Of a DNA stretch of 64,000 nucleotides, positions 1 to 9,477 are shown piece after piece. Source of the stretch: a virus; the IMG/VR virus record IMGVR_UViG_3300028883_000992, positions 27,136 through 91,135 of that record. One strand, 5' to 3'. The notes beneath the pieces are model-generated. The model worked only from the letters and a program-made list of their open reading frames with translations, made no database searches and was not told the DNA's origin. The position numbers were made by a program, and so were the translations under genes. How positions within the stretch are numbered: position 1 is the stretch's first letter; every line of letters starts with the position of its first letter.

Positions 1-273
1 AATTTTTTTGAATGGGATAAACATAGACAAGAAATATATACATCAATAAAGCGCGGATATATAATAGATATAGATTTACTTGAACCGCGACATGTTCAAC
101 TTTTTTTAGATATGTGTGAAGATTTCTTTACAAACTTAGGTGAAACCCATATTATTTTTCAGTCTATGAAAGGACGTTTGAGAAAAGTAAGAGAATGGGC
201 AGACAGCAGAAGACTTAGATATAAGAAACTCGGCAACAAACATAAAATTCATGTTGGGAGAGTGAGTGGATAA
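1..273 (+). CDS. Hypothetical protein, 5'-truncated by window edge
   Basis: Frame 1 is open from base 1 (NFFEWDKHRQ...HVGRVSG) to TAA at 271-273 and overlaps the next start. Confidence 0.7.
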   Translation, partial: NFFEWDKHRQEIYTSIKRGYIIDIDLLEPRHVQLFLDMCEDFFTNLGETHIIFQSMKGRLRKVREWADSRRLRYKKLGNKHKIHVGRVSG

Positions 274-850
274 ATTTCAAGTTATATTTTACAAGGGTGA
301 CTACAAAGATCGCCAAGAACAAGCAAACAGAGATGACTGTGACCTATATGTTGAACAGCATTTAAATTCTGTAACCGACCCTACAATTGACTATGCCTGT
401 GTAATTACACGCAAGGTTCCAAATACAACAGAAGAAGCATTAGCTAAAACATATTGTGAAATGATTCATAATACGTTTGGTAATCAATGTCAAGGCGTTA
501 TTAAAGGTGGATTTAACGGCAGGGGGTCAAGAAATATAAGCACTTGCACAATGCCATCACTTCTATTGGAACCTCTTTTTATTTCCAATAGACAACATGT
601 AGACTGGCTAATGAATGGATTAGGCATACCTTTATTGGCAGTATGTTTAGCAGATACAATTAAAACTTATTACAAATCAGGAACAATAGGATTTAGTGTG
701 GGTCACAAATATAAAACTTCTAATCCAGATGATCGTGGAGCTAAAGTACCGGAATCATATTTGATACCATATTTAAATACATCAATTTATGAATCTGATA
801 TTTGTGAATCTATACTTCTCAAGGCAAAAAACATATTGGAGATGAAATGA
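266..850 (+). CDS. N-acetylmuramoyl-L-alanine amidase (Amidase_3), circularly permuted; probable endolysin
   Basis: R..AN...DLYVEQHLNS (H32) and MPSLLLEPLFISN (E102); the normally N-terminal motifs GFSVGH..DDRGA (H147) and YESDI (E176) are at the C-terminus. Confidence 0.8.
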   Translation: MDKFQVIFYKGDYKDRQEQANRDDCDLYVEQHLNSVTDPTIDYACVITRKVPNTTEEALAKTYCEMIHNTFGNQCQGVIKGGFNGRGSRNISTCTMPSLLLEPLFISNRQHVDWLMNGLGIPLLAVCLADTIKTYYKSGTIGFSVGHKYKTSNPDDRGAKVPESYLIPYLNTSIYESDICESILLKAKNILEMK

Positions 851-856
851 TTTTAG

Positions 857-1180
857 GTGCTATTTTACTATTATTTATACTTATATTTTGGTTTATTTGG
901 ATTGCTGAAAATGATTGAATCTTGGGACTATCTTGATAAGCATACATATTGGTATGTATTACTTATATACAAAAATAGTAGTGTGTATAAGATATTCCTA
1001 AATAAAAACAGTATCAATATAAAAGGCAGTTATCTTGAACAACCAACACCATTAAATGATTTAATTAACAGACTTATAAAGTTAGCTTTGATTGATAGCA
1101 AATTAATGTCATCATCTAATCTTGTAATACTCCAACAACTTAACGGAGATATAAATGGATTTTTCGGCAATCAACAATAG
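857..1180 (+). CDS. Hypothetical protein with hydrophobic N-terminus
   Basis: ORF fills the gap between co-oriented genes. Confidence 0.5.
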   Translation: MLFYYYLYLYFGLFGLLKMIESWDYLDKHTYWYVLLIYKNSSVYKIFLNKNSINIKGSYLEQPTPLNDLINRLIKLALIDSKLMSSSNLVILQQLNGDINGFFGNQQ

Positions 1181-1904
1181 CATAATTTATGCTTACAGGG
1201 GCAGTATAGCCCATAATCTATATATCCCACCTGAAGAACCTTTAGGTACAGACGATAAAGACTACATAGGAATATGTATTTCACCTATTAACTATTATAC
1301 TGGACTTGATAAGTTTGATCAATATGAATATCAAGAAAACGGTGACGATATTATAGTTTATGACATTAAAAAAGCATTTAGACTTTTGCTAAACAGTAAC
1401 CCCAATATATTGTCTATTCTTTGGAACAGACCTGATATGTATATACGCATAGAACCTTTAGGGCAGAAAATTATTGATAATCGTCATATATTTGCATCCA
1501 AAAAAATATATAAGACATTTGTTGGATATGCTCTATCCCAACTAAAGAGGATGAACAAGTCACAATATAAGGGTTATATGGGATCAAAAAAAAAGGAATT
1601 AGTTGATAAATACGGATTTGATGTAAAAATGGCAAGTCACACAATAAGACTATTAAAATGTGGTATAGAATTTTTAGAAACAGGTGAATTTGAAGTTTAT
1701 CGTAAAAAAGATCGTGAAGAACTTATAGCTATCAAACAAGGTAAATGGAGTTTTGAGGACATAAACTTATATGTTAATAATCTTATGTATGATATTGATA
1801 GTGCATATAAGCACAGTCAACTACCGCCTCAACCAAACTACAATACTGCAAATGAACTCCTGATGGACGTACTTGCAGAATACTTTAGAATAGGAGAATT
1901 ATGA
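1155..1904 (+). CDS. Pol-beta superfamily nucleotidyltransferase (YcgL/RlaP/T4 NrdC.11-like)
   Basis: RGSIAHNL...DDKDYIG (GS/DxD), NPNILSILW, GYA..QL, H.IRLL, LP..P motifs. Confidence 0.85.
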   Translation: MDFSAINNSIIYAYRGSIAHNLYIPPEEPLGTDDKDYIGICISPINYYTGLDKFDQYEYQENGDDIIVYDIKKAFRLLLNSNPNILSILWNRPDMYIRIEPLGQKIIDNRHIFASKKIYKTFVGYALSQLKRMNKSQYKGYMGSKKKELVDKYGFDVKMASHTIRLLKCGIEFLETGEFEVYRKKDREELIAIKQGKWSFEDINLYVNNLMYDIDSAYKHSQLPPQPNYNTANELLMDVLAEYFRIGEL

Positions 1905-2869
1905 ATATAGAAGAACAAATTAAAAAGATTGAAAAGCAGTATGGCCCTAATTCAATAATGAAATTAGGTGAAAACAATATAATTTCCATACCACGTATAA
2001 AAACAGGAATTATGTCTGTAGACACCTTAATAGGTGGTGGATTACCAAAAGGTCGTATAGTGGAGCTATATGGCGATCCTAGTTGTGGGAAGACCAGTCT
2101 AGCATTACAAACTATAGCATCAGCACAACAAGAAGGTATAGCATGTGTCTATATAGATGCTGAACACGCCTTAGACCTTTCATATATATCAAAATTAGGT
2201 GTTGATGTAGATGAACTTTATCTGTCTCAACCTGACTACGGTGAACAAGCATTAAATATAGCATATCAAATGGCAGACGTAGAAGAAGTTGGATTAATAG
2301 TTATAGATTCTGTCTCAGCATTAGTGCCAAAAGCCGTATATGATGGTGAAATAGGTGATCAAAATGTGGGCAACCTACCGCGTTTAATGTCAGGTTCACT
2401 TAATAAATTTAGTAGTAAATTATCAAAAACAGAAACAACACTTATTTTTATAAATCAGTTAAGACAAAAGATAGGTGTAATGTATGGAAATCCAAACATA
2501 ACTTCTGGAGGAAATGCTCTAAGATTTTATGCGTCACTACGACTACAACTAGTGCCACTGAAATCTCAGAAAATTGCAAATAGTGAAGGTACGGTTGGCA
2601 ATAGAGTAAAAATTAAAGTTGAAAAAAGTAAGGTATGTAATCCATTCCAAGAGACAGAATGTTCATTGGTATACGGCATAGGATTTGATAAGGAACGTGA
2701 CCTAATTGAATATGCTGTAAAAATAGGTGTTGTAGAAAAAAGTGGAGCATGGATCAATTTTGGCGAAGAAAAATATCAGGGTTTAGACAATTTTATAGAA
2801 ACAGTAAGAGAAAACAAGGACATGTTTAACAATATAAAAGAAATGGTTGATGATATACAAAGTAGGTAA
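1901..2869 (+). CDS. recA: RecA recombinase
   Basis: GGLPKGRIVELYG, Walker A GDPSCGKT, IDAEHALD, SQPDYGEQAL, VIDSVSAL, FINQLR, GGNALRFYAS. Confidence 0.97.
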   Translation: MNIEEQIKKIEKQYGPNSIMKLGENNIISIPRIKTGIMSVDTLIGGGLPKGRIVELYGDPSCGKTSLALQTIASAQQEGIACVYIDAEHALDLSYISKLGVDVDELYLSQPDYGEQALNIAYQMADVEEVGLIVIDSVSALVPKAVYDGEIGDQNVGNLPRLMSGSLNKFSSKLSKTETTLIFINQLRQKIGVMYGNPNITSGGNALRFYASLRLQLVPLKSQKIANSEGTVGNRVKIKVEKSKVCNPFQETECSLVYGIGFDKERDLIEYAVKIGVVEKSGAWINFGEEKYQGLDNFIETVRENKDMFNNIKEMVDDIQSR

Positions 2870-3311
2870 CATATTAGAACATATGGATGATGCTGATGTG
2901 ATATTGGTTACTACCAATTCTTATATAAATAGAAATCGTCAACTAGTTATGGGGCGTGGATTTGCATCATGTATGGCATCCAAGTTCCCTGAAATCAAAG
3001 AAATAGCAGGAGAAAGAATTGGACACTTATCACGATACGGGGTAATAAACATACCTAAAATAATATGTTCTGTTAATGCATCTCGTATTGACATTGCACT
3101 TTTTCAGGTTAAATATCATTTTAAAGACAATGCTGATCTTGATTTAGTTAAGTTCTCAACTATGATGTTACGCATATGGGCATATATAGAAAAAGACAAG
3201 GAGTTTTTCTTAAATTATCCCGGCATAGGACAGGGAAAATTAGATAAAAGTCTGGTAGAACCTATAGTAAGTAAATTACCTGATAATGTAACCATATGGG
3301 AGGTTAAATGA
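2847..3311 (+). CDS. Macrodomain protein (Poa1p/DarG-like ADP-ribose hydrolase)
   Basis: GNI...TTN...VMGRGFA..FP, FQVKYHF, PGIGQGKLD...V. Confidence 0.8.
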   Translation: MMIYKVGNILEHMDDADVILVTTNSYINRNRQLVMGRGFASCMASKFPEIKEIAGERIGHLSRYGVINIPKIICSVNASRIDIALFQVKYHFKDNADLDLVKFSTMMLRIWAYIEKDKEFFLNYPGIGQGKLDKSLVEPIVSKLPDNVTIWEVK

Positions 3312-3505
3312 AAGTAATATATTTACACATATGGTTAAACAATATTTTACGTTTTTTCAAACTACACAAGCATAGCTATAGAACCGTATATAGTTCTCCA
3401 TTATTTTTAATTAATAAATGTACTTGTGGTCATTTAAAATTTGTTTTAAGAAAAGACTTGATAGAATCGGTAGAAGATTGCAAAAAATATATTAAAAACC
3501 TATGA
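3308..3505 (+). CDS. Small hypothetical protein (HxH / CxCG possible metal site)
   Basis: ATGA overlaps at both ends; LHKHSY...KCTCGH. Confidence 0.6.
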   Translation: MKVIYLHIWLNNILRFFKLHKHSYRTVYSSPLFLINKCTCGHLKFVLRKDLIESVEDCKKYIKNL

Positions 3506-6291
3506 TACACCTACATTTACATACACATTATAGTGCTCTTGACGGATTTCTGACCGTACCTCAGTTAGTATCTGCGGTCAAGAAATTAGGTATGTCTGCT
3601 GTTGCTGTTACAGAGCATGGAAATATAAACTCATGGATAGAGTTCCAAATTGAATGTACAAAACAAGGTATTAAGCCTATATTTGGTATAGAAGCATATG
3701 TAACAACAGATGAATCTAATAAAACCAATTACCACATCACGCTACTTGCAAAAAATAACGAGGGGCTTAGAGAAATAATTAAGCTCCATAATACTGCCCA
3801 TCTTAACGAGCAAAAATATAGGGCACATAGAATTTACTATGATCAGATATTAGAATGTTCTAATATTATCGTATTGTCAGGATGCTTAAACTCGTACATA
3901 AACAGAATGGCATTAGCTGATCAAAAAGAAAAATGTAAGGAATGGATATATAAGTTCCAAAATCATTTTGGATCAGATTTCTATATAGAAATACAAGACC
4001 TCAATATAGAAGAACTTGATATAGCAAGAGAACGAATACTTAAATGGTTTCCTAATGTCCAAACTGTAATTACCAATGATGTACATTATGAAAATAGAAG
4101 TGATGCCGACTCACAGCATACATTATATTGTGCACATATTCACAAAAAAGAGGATGAATTTAAAAAACATCCACCTGAAATGTATATTAAAACCGACATA
4201 GAAGGATACGACACAAGTTCTACATATGAAATAGCAGACAAATGCAATGCATCAATAGAACCTTTTACTAACACTATTCCTAACTTCACAGAAGTAACTT
4301 GGATTCCTGAACGTATTATTGACAAACAACAATGCAGAAAAGAATACACTGTTATTAAAAAAGCGGGATATTGGCCTTATCTATGTATAGTTGCTGATTA
4401 CGTAAAATGGGCTAAAGAACATAATATAATGGTTGGGTATTCAAGAGGTTCAGCAGGTGGATCATTATTAGCTTACGCAATGGGGATACATGATATTGAT
4501 CCTATTAAATATGATTTATATTTCTCTCGTTTTTTTAATGAAGGACGCATAGACTCAATGCCTGACATTGATACTGATTTTCCTAAAAATGGAATAGCTC
4601 AAGTTAAAGATTATATTAAAAGCAAGTATCACCTAGTTGGATTAGGTACATACGGAACTATGGACGTTAAAAATGCTATTAAAATGGTATGTAGAACAAC
4701 TGGCGTACCACCTAATGAAGCAAATGAACTCACTAAAAGATATGGGGACGGATTAGATGTTGATTATAACCTACTTCCTGAAAATCACGCAAAGGCATTA
4801 AAACTGTCTGATCAATACAAAGGTTTACTAAATGCATATGGTCAACATGCTTCTGGATATATTCTAAGTCATATAAATCTTGAAGAAGAAGTGCCTGTAA
4901 GATACTCACGTACAGGTGATTTACAGACATGTTGGAATATGGATCATATGGAATGGTTGGGATTTGTCAAGTTTGACCTTTTAAAACTTACAACATTAGA
5001 CATTATACATGAAACATTAGAAAACATAGGTATCCAAAGAGATGATATTCCTATTGACGATAAACCTACATATGATCTAATTTCAACAGGAAAAACATTT
5101 GGGCTATTCCAAATAAGCGGATCAGATGGTATAGCAAACCTATGCAAGCAAATTCAACCTAAAAACATTGAAGATATTGGTATTATTATATCACTATATA
5201 GACCCGGACCAATGGAAAATAATTTTCATACACAATATATAGACAGGAAGAACGGTGCACCCGTAGAATACCTGCATCCATTCTTAGAGCCACTCCTACA
5301 AGATACATATGGAGTCATGATATACCAAGAACAAGTTATTAAAGTTTGTATGGCAGTAGGATTTTCAGATACAGAAGCAGATACTATTAGAAAAATAATG
5401 GGAAAAAAGAAGCCTGAGTTGCTTACAGATGTAGAGCCTCAATTCATAGAAAAGTGCAGTAAAATAACGGGTGAAAAAATCGCCAAAATACTATGGGAAC
5501 AATTAACAAAATATAGTCATTATAACTTTAATAAAGCTCACGCTATAGGATATGCATATTTAGCTTATATTACAGCATATTTAAAATGTCATTACCCACT
5601 ACAGTTTTATACTGCCATATTAAATCAGGAAACAAAATTAGTAGCCATACAGGAATGTATTAACGACATACAGGGTTTTAAGATATTGCCACCGCGTTAC
5701 GGAAAAAGTGAATATAATTTTAAGGTAGAAGGTTCTAATATAAGATACGGAATTAAAGCACTATATGGTATTGGCGAAAAAGAGATGGAAAGAATTAATG
5801 ATCCCAATTTCTTTAAACAAGGAAGTGTGGTTGCTGAACAACTTATTAAAGCAGGATTTTATGACACTATAAGTACCAACAGAAAGTCCTTAATTTCTCA
5901 ACAAAAACGCAGAAATCCAGAACTATTACTAATAGAACCATCAGATTTTACAAAGCAAGAAAAAGAGCAGTTTGAGTTTGATTTACTTCGTGTATACCTT
6001 GACAAGAATCCACTAAGTAGACTTGTAAAAGAATCAGTTTATACTGGAAATAACTACCAAATAGGCAACAGAATTCCTGTTATTATCCAAAAAGTAGAGA
6101 ATAAAACAAGTAAGAAGGGAAATAAATTTGCAAAGATACATACCATCAATATAAATAACAAAACTGATACCTTTTTTCTATGGGGAAAATCATATGAGAA
6201 ATTTATTTTAAAAGAAGGTTGTTATTATATTATAACACTTGACAAAACAGAAGATACTTTTTATATTACTAATGTACAGGAGCTAAAATAA
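3502..6291 (+). CDS. dnaE: DNA polymerase III alpha subunit (family C), compact
   Basis: PHP HLHLHTHYSALDG, RGSAGGSL, MPDIDTDF, GQHASG, KFDLLKL, YRPGP, IYQEQV, FNKAHA. Confidence 0.97.
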   Translation: MIHLHLHTHYSALDGFLTVPQLVSAVKKLGMSAVAVTEHGNINSWIEFQIECTKQGIKPIFGIEAYVTTDESNKTNYHITLLAKNNEGLREIIKLHNTAHLNEQKYRAHRIYYDQILECSNIIVLSGCLNSYINRMALADQKEKCKEWIYKFQNHFGSDFYIEIQDLNIEELDIARERILKWFPNVQTVITNDVHYENRSDADSQHTLYCAHIHKKEDEFKKHPPEMYIKTDIEGYDTSSTYEIADKCNASIEPFTNTIPNFTEVTWIPERIIDKQQCRKEYTVIKKAGYWPYLCIVADYVKWAKEHNIMVGYSRGSAGGSLLAYAMGIHDIDPIKYDLYFSRFFNEGRIDSMPDIDTDFPKNGIAQVKDYIKSKYHLVGLGTYGTMDVKNAIKMVCRTTGVPPNEANELTKRYGDGLDVDYNLLPENHAKALKLSDQYKGLLNAYGQHASGYILSHINLEEEVPVRYSRTGDLQTCWNMDHMEWLGFVKFDLLKLTTLDIIHETLENIGIQRDDIPIDDKPTYDLISTGKTFGLFQISGSDGIANLCKQIQPKNIEDIGIIISLYRPGPMENNFHTQYIDRKNGAPVEYLHPFLEPLLQDTYGVMIYQEQVIKVCMAVGFSDTEADTIRKIMGKKKPELLTDVEPQFIEKCSKITGEKIAKILWEQLTKYSHYNFNKAHAIGYAYLAYITAYLKCHYPLQFYTAILNQETKLVAIQECINDIQGFKILPPRYGKSEYNFKVEGSNIRYGIKALYGIGEKEMERINDPNFFKQGSVVAEQLIKAGFYDTISTNRKSLISQQKRRNPELLLIEPSDFTKQEKEQFEFDLLRVYLDKNPLSRLVKESVYTGNNYQIGNRIPVIIQKVENKTSKKGNKFAKIHTININNKTDTFFLWGKSYEKFILKEGCYYIITLDKTEDTFYITNVQELK

Positions 6292-6332
6292 TGTATGTTT
6301 ACATACAGAACTTAATTTTTAGGTGGTAAATA

Positions 6333-6575
6333 ATGAATATAGAAAAAATAAATAATAAACTAAAGCCATGTCCGTTTTGCAGAGTTACCATAGAATCATT
6401 AAATGAACATATGGAACGCAATGGAACAAAATGGGAGCATTATAGACCACAGATATTTTTTGATAACTTCGTTTCCAAATCATGGGTTATCTATTGTAAT
6501 AACTGTGGCATAACTTTGATAACAGGATGTGAAGATATTAATGAAGCTATAATAACTTGGAATAACAGAGGTTAA
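6333..6575 (+). CDS. Lar-family (restriction alleviation-like) zinc-finger protein
   Basis: LKPCPFC...IYCNNCG...EAIITWNNR signature. Confidence 0.75.
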   Translation: MNIEKINNKLKPCPFCRVTIESLNEHMERNGTKWEHYRPQIFFDNFVSKSWVIYCNNCGITLITGCEDINEAIITWNNRG

Positions 6576-6576
6576 T

Positions 6577-7068
6577 ATGAATATAACATCAGACTATGAC
6601 GAAGAATCAGATGTGCTATATATTTCTATAGGGAAACCTCAGCCTTCTATATGCACAGAACCACAAGAAGGTATATTACTGGGATGGTCTGAAAAAGATA
6701 TGCACCTATGTGGAATCACTATACTAAACTACAGCAGACAAAATATACCAGTAGATAATAATCCTATGAAAACATTAAATTTTCAAATAGGCTCTAATCC
6801 TATTGATGGATACGAACTTATAGAAGTAATAAAGGTCCAATTAGTATACAATAAAAGTTCTGTTATAGCAACATTAGTTGAATGTGGAATATCAGAATCA
6901 GATGAAAATGATTACATGGCAATATGTAATTTATTTGATATGTGTAAATACCTATTAGATGAACCATCAGATACTAAATACGGTAACACATTAGGAAAAC
7001 AAGTTAAATACTTACACGATAAGTTTAAAAAAATCCCAATAATTACAGCAGGAAGAATAAATGTTTAG
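6577..7068 (+). CDS. DUF2283 domain fused to HicB-like domain (antitoxin-like)
   Basis: N-term YDEESDVLYISIG...GITIL; C-term VIATLVECGISESDENDYMAICNL resembles the HicB N-terminal fold. Confidence 0.55.
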   Translation: MNITSDYDEESDVLYISIGKPQPSICTEPQEGILLGWSEKDMHLCGITILNYSRQNIPVDNNPMKTLNFQIGSNPIDGYELIEVIKVQLVYNKSSVIATLVECGISESDENDYMAICNLFDMCKYLLDEPSDTKYGNTLGKQVKYLHDKFKKIPIITAGRINV

Positions 7069-7095
7069 AGCAGACAATACAAGACGACTTAAAAT

Positions 7096-8058
7096 ATGAA
7101 ACAAGACATACTCAACTATCTTACACATATATATCATCAACATCTACTTAACAGTAAGGATGCTGCCAATTACTTAAAAGAACGCGGTATTAAAAAATCT
7201 GCGAAGAGATTCAAGTTGGGATACTGTACTGGGAATATAGGGTATCAGACGTTACTTAGAACATATACAGAGAACCAGTTAAAAGATACAGGTTTTTTCA
7301 AATGGAATAAAGACCCTTTTAATTATCGTATTATATTCCCATTAATTAAAGGTGTAGACACATTATATTTTACATCACGAACAATAGGCGACAAAGAACC
7401 TAAACATAAACATCTTACAGGACCAATACCTGTGCCATTTAACTACAATACCATTCATAATGATAATATTATAATAGTTGAAAGTCCTATAGACGCTATA
7501 ACATTAGAACAAGCAGGTTATTATGCAATGGCTTCATTGGGATTGTCAATTAAATCTCATACTGCCATTGAATTACAGGGAAAAAATATCTTTATTTTGT
7601 ATGATTACGATTTACATAATGCAGGTCAAGAACGTGCAATAGATTTAGCTGACCTACTTTACAGGAATAAAGGTAAAGCACATATTTGTCAATGGCCTAA
7701 GAACAATAGAAAAATGGATGTCAACTGGCTTTACCTAAAAGACAAAAAGAAATTTCAAAATAATATAAATATATTACTTAATAACTCTATAAGATTTGAA
7801 GAACATCCTGCCTTTGAAGAAAAAAGAAAGGAAAAAATATGGACACCTGCACAAAGGGGAAATTTCCGTGAATTAGTAAAAAAATATGGATGGAAGATAT
7901 TCGGAAATAACCTTGTTAGAATACCCTGTCCATTCCATAATGATTCAACACCATCATTAACCATCTATCTTAATACTAATAGCTCATATTGTTTCGGTAA
8001 ATGTAAAAAAAGTTATAGTGCGATAGAAATAGATCACGCATTACAAGGGAAAATATGA
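7096..8058 (+). CDS. dnaG: DnaG-type primase with C-terminal CHC2 zinc finger
   Basis: YLKERGI..FKLGY..RIIFP, TOPRIM IVESPIDA and YDYD..AG; C-terminal CPFHNDSTPS...YCFGKC. Confidence 0.85.
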   Translation: MKQDILNYLTHIYHQHLLNSKDAANYLKERGIKKSAKRFKLGYCTGNIGYQTLLRTYTENQLKDTGFFKWNKDPFNYRIIFPLIKGVDTLYFTSRTIGDKEPKHKHLTGPIPVPFNYNTIHNDNIIIVESPIDAITLEQAGYYAMASLGLSIKSHTAIELQGKNIFILYDYDLHNAGQERAIDLADLLYRNKGKAHICQWPKNNRKMDVNWLYLKDKKKFQNNINILLNNSIRFEEHPAFEEKRKEKIWTPAQRGNFRELVKKYGWKIFGNNLVRIPCPFHNDSTPSLTIYLNTNSSYCFGKCKKSYSAIEIDHALQGKI

Positions 8059-8765
8059 TTTACTACAAGTTTCTAAAGGAAGACAGACGAGCATCATTTG
8101 TGAATGGCTTCCAATGGCCTAAACCACCAAACAAACCCGATCCTGTTATTGGTAATTTGGTGGTGTGTAAAAACGGATACCACTTATGCCGTATAGAGGA
8201 CTTGCCCCATTGGTTGAATCAGGAACTTTGGATCGTTGGCTGTGATGAAACGGAGTTAATAGAATCAAATAATAAGGTGGTTGTTCGCCACGCATGGCTT
8301 GAAAAGCAGGTAGACACATGGAACGAAAAAACTGCACGACTCTTTGCTGCCGACTGTGCCGAACACGTGCTGCATTTATTTGAAAGTAGATATCCAGACG
8401 ATAAACGGCCACGTAATGTAATTGGGGCTACAAGAGATTATGCACATGGTCGCATATCACACGATGATATGATTGCCGTATGGACTGCCTCAAAAAATGC
8501 CGCAGGACGTGCCGAAGATGCCGAAGATACCGCAAAGATCGCCGCATTTGCAGCAGCCGCAGCCGCATTGGATACCTCATGTGCTGCTGCAAAAGCAGCC
8601 GCATGGACTGCCTCAAGGGCTGCCGCATGGGATGCATCAGGTGCAGCATGGGATGCATCAGGTGTAGCATGGGGGGCTGAATCTGACGCATGGGATGCTG
8701 CATGGGATGCCGAACGGCAGTGGCAGACACAGCAATTACTCAAGTACATAAACAATGAAATATAA
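8055..8765 (+). CDS. Phage protein with Imm5-like region and Ala-rich AAWDA repeats
   Basis: CKNGYHLC N-domain; ARLFAADCAEHVL...DDKRPR; AAWDA repeats ending AERQWQ; visibly GC-richer than its flanks. Confidence 0.7.
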   Translation: MIYYKFLKEDRRASFVNGFQWPKPPNKPDPVIGNLVVCKNGYHLCRIEDLPHWLNQELWIVGCDETELIESNNKVVVRHAWLEKQVDTWNEKTARLFAADCAEHVLHLFESRYPDDKRPRNVIGATRDYAHGRISHDDMIAVWTASKNAAGRAEDAEDTAKIAAFAAAAAALDTSCAAAKAAAWTASRAAAWDASGAAWDASGVAWGAESDAWDAAWDAERQWQTQQLLKYINNEI

Positions 8766-8780
8766 ACAACAGGAGAGGTT

Positions 8781-9143
8781 ATGCATATAATTATTCGTAA
8801 AACAACTATTGCTAAATGGGCAGACGACAAGGATTCTACGATGAAGTTTCTACATTTTACTAAAAAGCCATTTAGCCCATCATTCAAAAGCTGTTTAAAT
8901 GCAGCATTAGAATACAATATTGGACAAAATGATTGGATGTGGTTTTGTAAAAACATGGAAAATCACTACGAAAACTGGATAGTCAAAAAGTTTAAATGGC
9001 AGGAAACATTTAGAAAATATGTGAAAAACAGTAAAAAAATTACAGATGAATATTCGTTAATTGAAAAGGATACAACAGCATTTTACGCTGTTTGCTTCTG
9101 GAAAACATATAGAGACTTCTTTCATTATAGTGAGGGAAGATAA
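8781..9143 (+). CDS. Hypothetical protein
   Basis: AGGAGAGG RBS, co-oriented ORF. Confidence 0.7.
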   Translation: MHIIIRKTTIAKWADDKDSTMKFLHFTKKPFSPSFKSCLNAALEYNIGQNDWMWFCKNMENHYENWIVKKFKWQETFRKYVKNSKKITDEYSLIEKDTTAFYAVCFWKTYRDFFHYSEGR

Positions 9144-9421
9144 TGTTTGAAATTAACAGATATTATTGGTTTATTAACCACAACAAAATGCAAGTCTGTA
9201 GAGATCAAATAATTGGGACAGGATCAACAATCAACTTTGAAAATTTGGATAAGAGTAAAACATTTTACAACTTTTTAAGTTGTTTTTATGTACCATCTCA
9301 ACATATATTTCATAGAAAAAAGGAGGCAGAAAAAGCATTAATACAATATGTTAAAAATCGGGAGAATAAAAAGGAATTTGTTGAAATATATAAAAATAAT
9401 ATAAAATCCATAGGGGGTTAA
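9143..9421 (+). CDS. Hypothetical protein
   Basis: TAATG coupling to the upstream gene. Confidence 0.65.
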   Translation: MFEINRYYWFINHNKMQVCRDQIIGTGSTINFENLDKSKTFYNFLSCFYVPSQHIFHRKKEAEKALIQYVKNRENKKEFVEIYKNNIKSIGG

Positions 9422-9477
9422 TAACATTTAACAAGAGGTAACACTTTGATCTAACGGTTGATTAAACTCTCTCTATC

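Noticed and set aside
3502-6291. Inteins or introns in DnaE (also checked RecA and TerL)
   Set aside because: The proteins are normal length or shorter, and no splicing or homing-endonuclease motifs were seen.
8146-8956. Several overlapping and antisense ORFs (MQHP repeats, Cys/Arg-rich frames)
   Set aside because: Shadow frames of the GC-rich Ala/Trp/Asp repeat gene 8055-8765.
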